In this document: positions 59,761 through 64,000 of the stretch, one piece after another
Layout of the letters: each line of letters opens with the position of its first letter
Numbering within the stretch: the first letter of the stretch is position 1
Origin: Paecilomyces variotii
Lineage: Eukaryota
Strand: one strand, 5' to 3'
Length of the DNA stretch: 64,000 bases
Assembly: GCA_004022145.1 (NCBI GenBank)
Contig: RCNU01000008.1
Made by a program: the position numbers and the translations under genes
Notes under the pieces: model-generated
What the model was told of the DNA's origin: nothing
Database searches by the model: none
What the model saw: the letters and a program-made list of their open reading frames with translations, nothing else

Positions 59761-61047
59761 TTATACGACCTTCTGAACCATTGTCCCCACAGGCCGTTCA
59801 ACGATAGCCGTGACGCCGTCGACGACGCTCTGGCGGGCACTCTCGCTGGAGACATTCTTTCCAGCCAGGTAGTTCTCCCAGACGAGACGGCTGACGCGCT
59901 CATCCGCTACACGACCCAACCATCTGATGGGCTGCGCTGGATCAGGCTGGAACAGCGCGTCAAGAGCTCCACGCTCGTCACGCAGAAGGAAGAGAATCTG
60001 GCCTTTGGGGACATTCTTCCGCTGTCCTCCACCGAAGAGGGCCTTGAAATCAGCCATGGAATTACCAAACGATTCGTCTGAGAATTCGCTAGGCTTGTCG
60101 CTGCCAGACTCCTTGGCCTTCGCGGCAGCTTTCTGTGCCCGTGCCGTGATACCTCGAACCCAGCCATCTCTCAGATGCATGAAATCGGTGTTCCGCGTAG
60201 GCACGATGCGGAACGCGGTCCGTACGCCACCCTCCTTGAGAATCGAGTCCCAGACCTCCTCTCCCTTGGTAGGATCGAGGAGAAGTTCCCTCAGAGCTTG
60301 CCGTTCCGCAGGAATCAGAGATGTAGCAGCAACTGCACCCTCGCTCGAAGATGCACCGGGACCCTGAACAGCCGCCCGCACCAGCTTGTGCTGTAGTGCT
60401 GAAATGTCCGACTTGGCGACGTACAGACCCACGACGTACACCTGGATGGAAAGGAAGGAGACGGTTCGAATGCCCAGCCCCAGCAGCTCGTATTCCTCCT
60501 CTGCTTCAGAAGCCACGGAGATCTCATGTCCCGGTTGCAGAGACGTCGGATCGAATGACTTGGGAAGGGTGATTGTAGTCGGGAAGGTCGGAACCGCGCT
60601 ATTGCCCGTAGGGACCTCCTGGACACCATCGCGTCCATGAATCGGAATGACAGATGGATTGCTTGGGAATCCATTGGGTCCATCCAACTTCATGCTCCCA
60701 CTAGAGGAGCTCTTCTCGTGAATATTCTTCTTCTTTTCATCCGCCTGCGTAACCTCTTCCAGCCCGAAAACATCTAGCTTGATCACTCCATACATCGCAA
60801 CCGCGCAAGCTCCTATACCAGCTGCCGAGACCATGATCGAACGCTTGTACCTTGCCTGCTCATACTCCTTCGCGCGATTGGAAGCACGTAGCGGATTGTT
60901 CTTTGAAGCTGGTTTGGCTGCTTCCGCGGTCGATAGCAAGCGGCTGGAGTATCGTAGCGGGGTCGGACGAGCTCGTTGACTGCGGAGACATTGGCAGCAC
61001 TGCCTCCAGGCAGTGGGCGCCTGGAGGGATGTCGCATATAGCTTCAT
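59761..61047 (-). CDS. Mitochondrial chalcone-isomerase-fold protein (AIM18/AIM46-like)
   Basis: LLGLGIRTVSFLSIQVYVVGLY, RIVPTRNTDFMHLRDGWVR, YLAGKNVSSE; N-terminal presequence-like segment. Confidence 0.88.
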   Translation of the reverse strand: MKLYATSLQAPTAWRQCCQCLRSQRARPTPLRYSSRLLSTAEAAKPASKNNPLRASNRAKEYEQARYKRSIMVSAAGIGACAVAMYGVIKLDVFGLEEVTQADEKKKNIHEKSSSSGSMKLDGPNGFPSNPSVIPIHGRDGVQEVPTGNSAVPTFPTTITLPKSFDPTSLQPGHEISVASEAEEEYELLGLGIRTVSFLSIQVYVVGLYVAKSDISALQHKLVRAAVQGPGASSSEGAVAATSLIPAERQALRELLLDPTKGEEVWDSILKEGGVRTAFRIVPTRNTDFMHLRDGWVRGITARAQKAAAKAKESGSDKPSEFSDESFGNSMADFKALFGGGQRKNVPKGQILFLLRDERGALDALFQPDPAQPIRWLGRVADERVSRLVWENYLAGKNVSSESARQSVVDGVTAIVERPVGTMVQKVV

Positions 61048-61502
61048 GCTTGGGAGTGGGTGTCGATGAGAGAATCGATGCTGGAACAATTCGTTTGACG
61101 ACGCCGGCCGGAGCTGGAGCGGGAACGGCGTATGTAAATCATCTCACGGAACATTCAGTATTGTTAGCGGATAGTCTAGAATCCGGGGAAGGCGAGCACG
61201 TGATAGTCTCGATTATCATTAAAACCGGCGAATTATCTGCGAGACATTTCGCAACAAGTCAGGCTGAAAACTTGACAATTAGGCCATAATATTATATGAT
61301 TGCACGATTTTGAGTGATGTTCTAATTGTTTCGCTCTTTACCACCTCTCATTAACTCCATAAGCTGATACTGGTTGGAAACCTGTCAACACCGAGACAGG
61401 AAACTGAAAAGTCCATTTCCTAGAAACTCCGCACGCTCTGCTGACTCGTGATTATGTATGGCATTATGTACAGAAATAATATACCCCCTTATTATTCATT
61501 CC

Positions 61503-63083
61503 TTATGCCTGTTGCTCTTTCATTGGCATTCCATCCCGACAGCGAGAACACGCTATGAGACCACAGTTGTGACACCGCTGCATTGCTTGATCCTCACCGA
61601 CCCAGCACTCATCTCCGCTATCCTGTTGCTCATGGAGGGATCCTGTCTCCATTAAGGGTTGGACGCCTCGGTAATACGTAGGGAATGGTTGTGGGAAGAC
61701 CTTCTTCCAACAGCATTCGCAATCGTACTCCAGGTTCGGATCTGTATCATCGTCCGTGGCAGCCTCCCACGAGTGCTGGCAAGTCAGAGGATCAATGTAT
61801 TCACCATTTGGCTCCTCGCCCAAATCATATCCATAGTCTTCCCAGTCGCTTCCAGCATCGAAGTTTTCGCCGATACCAGTGTCAGTATCAGATGCTCTTG
61901 AATCATCTTCCTCTCCGTCTCTATCTTGATCTATACATCCCTCCTGATTGCATCTTTCTATCGGACCAGTGCACTCCCAGCACCACTGAGCACCACATCG
62001 ACATCGTATATGAGAGCATCCCCACATCCGTCGTACACCAGCGTGGCACTTCGGGCACCGCTTGTATCCCCATTTTCGAAGTGCACGCTCCAGCAACGGA
62101 TCGGTGTCTTGAACTTCAGGACAAGGGAATCCATCGTGAGCGAGCTGCTTGCATGAGCAGCATATGCTGGTCTCACATTTGGGACACAATATGGATGGAG
62201 CTGCTTGTGAAGAGTGCGGGGAGTAAGATCCTGGCGGTGTTGGGGGAGGAGTGTCAATTTCCACCTTCACGCTGGTTCCAACCATTGCTGTAGAATTGGG
62301 GTATTTGTCGACCGCCTGATTCTCTTTGGAATTGTCGGTGTTCCGTACTGGGACGGAGAAAAGACGATAAGGAATGAACGCGGAGCATGTGGGAACTGGA
62401 CAGTAGATACGATTCGGTGTGTTCCATTCCTCGTACTTTGCTTTGAAGAGACAGACTTCGACATCCGAGAGAACGGCACGGGCGAACGCCAACGGGATAG
62501 GCTTGCAACATCGGGGAGGCATATCTGATTCGCTTTTGCAGGCGTTCAGGAACATTTTTCGAATGCAGCTCTTGCAGCAGCCGGAGTCGCATCTCACACA
62601 AGGATAGAGCATATCCTCTTTATCCAAATTGATCATCTCGCTGCAGTAAGTGCATATCTTCTCTGGCGGATAATGCTTATTATGACCCGGCGCAGGCCCC
62701 GTAGATGCATTCTGAGTCATATCTGTTGTATTTGCGCTCATATCTTCAGTGGATAACTCCATTGTAGCTGTTGTGTCTCGGGTACTGGAAACGGGCGCTG
62801 GTAGTGTCGTCGCACTGTCTGCGTTGTTCACTTCGATATCATGGTGCATTTGTGCCTCTGGTGCTGTCTGAGCAGGTTGCGATTCTCTGGCTGGAATGGG
62901 TTCTGATTCTTGTTCTGTTGGAAGTGAATGATTGGGTTCAGGACCAGGAGTTGTCGCTGTGCAAGCGGAATGCGGTGTGGTTATGCTAATAGACAGCCTG
63001 GATGCTTGTTGAGCTGGTAAATCCCGCTGGAGCATTTGAGGTTGCGGTTCCTCCCCAGCAGGATGAGAGCTCGAACATCCCAT
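61503..63083 (-). CDS. IBR/RBR-type E3 ubiquitin ligase
   Basis: ESDMPPRCC, YCPVPTCSAFI, CPKC...CCSCKQLAH, KRCPKCHAGVRRMWGCSHIRCRCGAQWCWEC; starts MGCSSSH (possible N-acylation). Confidence 0.88.
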   Translation of the reverse strand: MGCSSSHPAGEEPQPQMLQRDLPAQQASRLSISITTPHSACTATTPGPEPNHSLPTEQESEPIPARESQPAQTAPEAQMHHDIEVNNADSATTLPAPVSSTRDTTATMELSTEDMSANTTDMTQNASTGPAPGHNKHYPPEKICTYCSEMINLDKEDMLYPCVRCDSGCCKSCIRKMFLNACKSESDMPPRCCKPIPLAFARAVLSDVEVCLFKAKYEEWNTPNRIYCPVPTCSAFIPYRLFSVPVRNTDNSKENQAVDKYPNSTAMVGTSVKVEIDTPPPTPPGSYSPHSSQAAPSILCPKCETSICCSCKQLAHDGFPCPEVQDTDPLLERALRKWGYKRCPKCHAGVRRMWGCSHIRCRCGAQWCWECTGPIERCNQEGCIDQDRDGEEDDSRASDTDTGIGENFDAGSDWEDYGYDLGEEPNGEYIDPLTCQHSWEAATDDDTDPNLEYDCECCWKKVFPQPFPTYYRGVQPLMETGSLHEQQDSGDECWVGEDQAMQRCHNCGLIACSRCRDGMPMKEQQA

Positions 63084-64000
63084 CGTGAATGCGCAGAAGG
63101 TGTGACTGATAGGTACTTGTCGCTTTAGCCCGCCTACAGTAATGGCAGAATCAAACAATAGAAAGCTAATGAGTAGAGGTCCCTACATGGGTTACAACGA
63201 GTGAAGAGTGATTTCTAGATTGAAGAAGTAGATAGAAGATGCGAAGATTCAGATAATTAATATGTGCTTATATACGGACTGGCGGTGCTGTGCTACCGAG
63301 CGTAGATTCTGAAACTGCAGGCAACAAGAGCCTAAAGCCAGCAGAAGTGGTTGAGTCACGGGAAGAGGATGATACATCATACAGCCATACCATACAATTA
63401 TGGAGATGATTTGCTGCAACAGAGTGGTGTGCCTTGGAGTCAGAGCAGTTAAGCAGTGTTGCAATAAGCGCTAATGAGCATAGATGTACGATTTTCAATA
63501 TGTATCGCTATGCATGAGTGGAAGCAGATAGACACTATCTACACTTAGTCAAGGCAGAATCATGGAGATCTTCCTGTTATGTCGTGGTTTAGGACTCTGA
63601 TGGACCCTTGGCGAACTGCTGCCTGCGTAAGTGCAGTACTTGCACCCAAGTGCGACGCTATCGACCATCAAAGCTAGTCATACAAGACAAGATCACTTTC
63701 GCTATTCAGTCAAAGGCTCAGCTAGACGGATGAACTGGTGACTCCATTCTTCGCGCAAGTCGATGTAATGCTCGACCATAATTGGCGCTCAATTCAATCA
63801 CGGCAATGAGTACACTCAAGTCCCTCCAGTCCCTCCAGTCCCTCCAAGACAACGAAGCAGTACTGCTATGTTTGCATTTTCTCTATGCATACGATCGCCT
63901 GTTCTAACTATTGTTGCCCTTTTAGGTCCCCGAATGACATTATTTCCCAGACCTAAACAATGAGGCGGAATAGCGCTTACTTGAACGCCCCATAATACGA

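Noticed and set aside
30118-62989. Numerous overlapping antisense or alternate-frame ORFs in the core genes
   Set aside because: Shadow ORFs of GC-rich coding sequence, with no recognisable motifs.
63819-63847. (GTCCCTCCA)x3 short tandem repeat
   Set aside because: Too short and isolated to interpret.

Overview
Fungal (Eurotiales-like, Aspergillus/Penicillium relative) nuclear DNA with spliceosomal introns. It has two halves. (1) 1-25.3 kb: the 3' end of the EF-1alpha gene (tef1) followed by a ~24.5 kb accessory island that ends in an inverted second copy of the tef1 last intron, last exon and 3'UTR. The island holds an apparently intact GIY-YIG endonuclease gene, a degraded GIY-YIG paralog, two tandem Upf1-like (SF1B) helicase genes (one intact, one with an in-frame TAG), relics of an Argonaute, a DUF6606/DUF3638-type gene and a gag-only element, and three copies of a conserved ~88-nt stem-loop element upstream of the nuclease and both helicases. 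The two tef1 3' ends differ only by synonymous changes in the last exon, their intron is shifted by 2 nt, and the expressed copy has atypical codons right at the duplication breakpoint. Together this suggests an undescribed nuclear, tef1-targeting homing-type element, analogous to the FBA1-targeting WHO elements of yeasts but with a GIY-YIG nuclease and helicase cargo. This is inference and untested. (2) 25.7-63 kb: ordinary genes: C2H2/Zn2Cys6 TF, SdhC-like, RING protein, AP-1 gamma, sterol O-acyltransferase, SLC35/EamA transporter, Med15, LMBR1, BAG, TeaR-like, glutaredoxin, AIM18-like and an IBR/RBR protein. All alignments and exon boundaries were read by eye; no searches were run.
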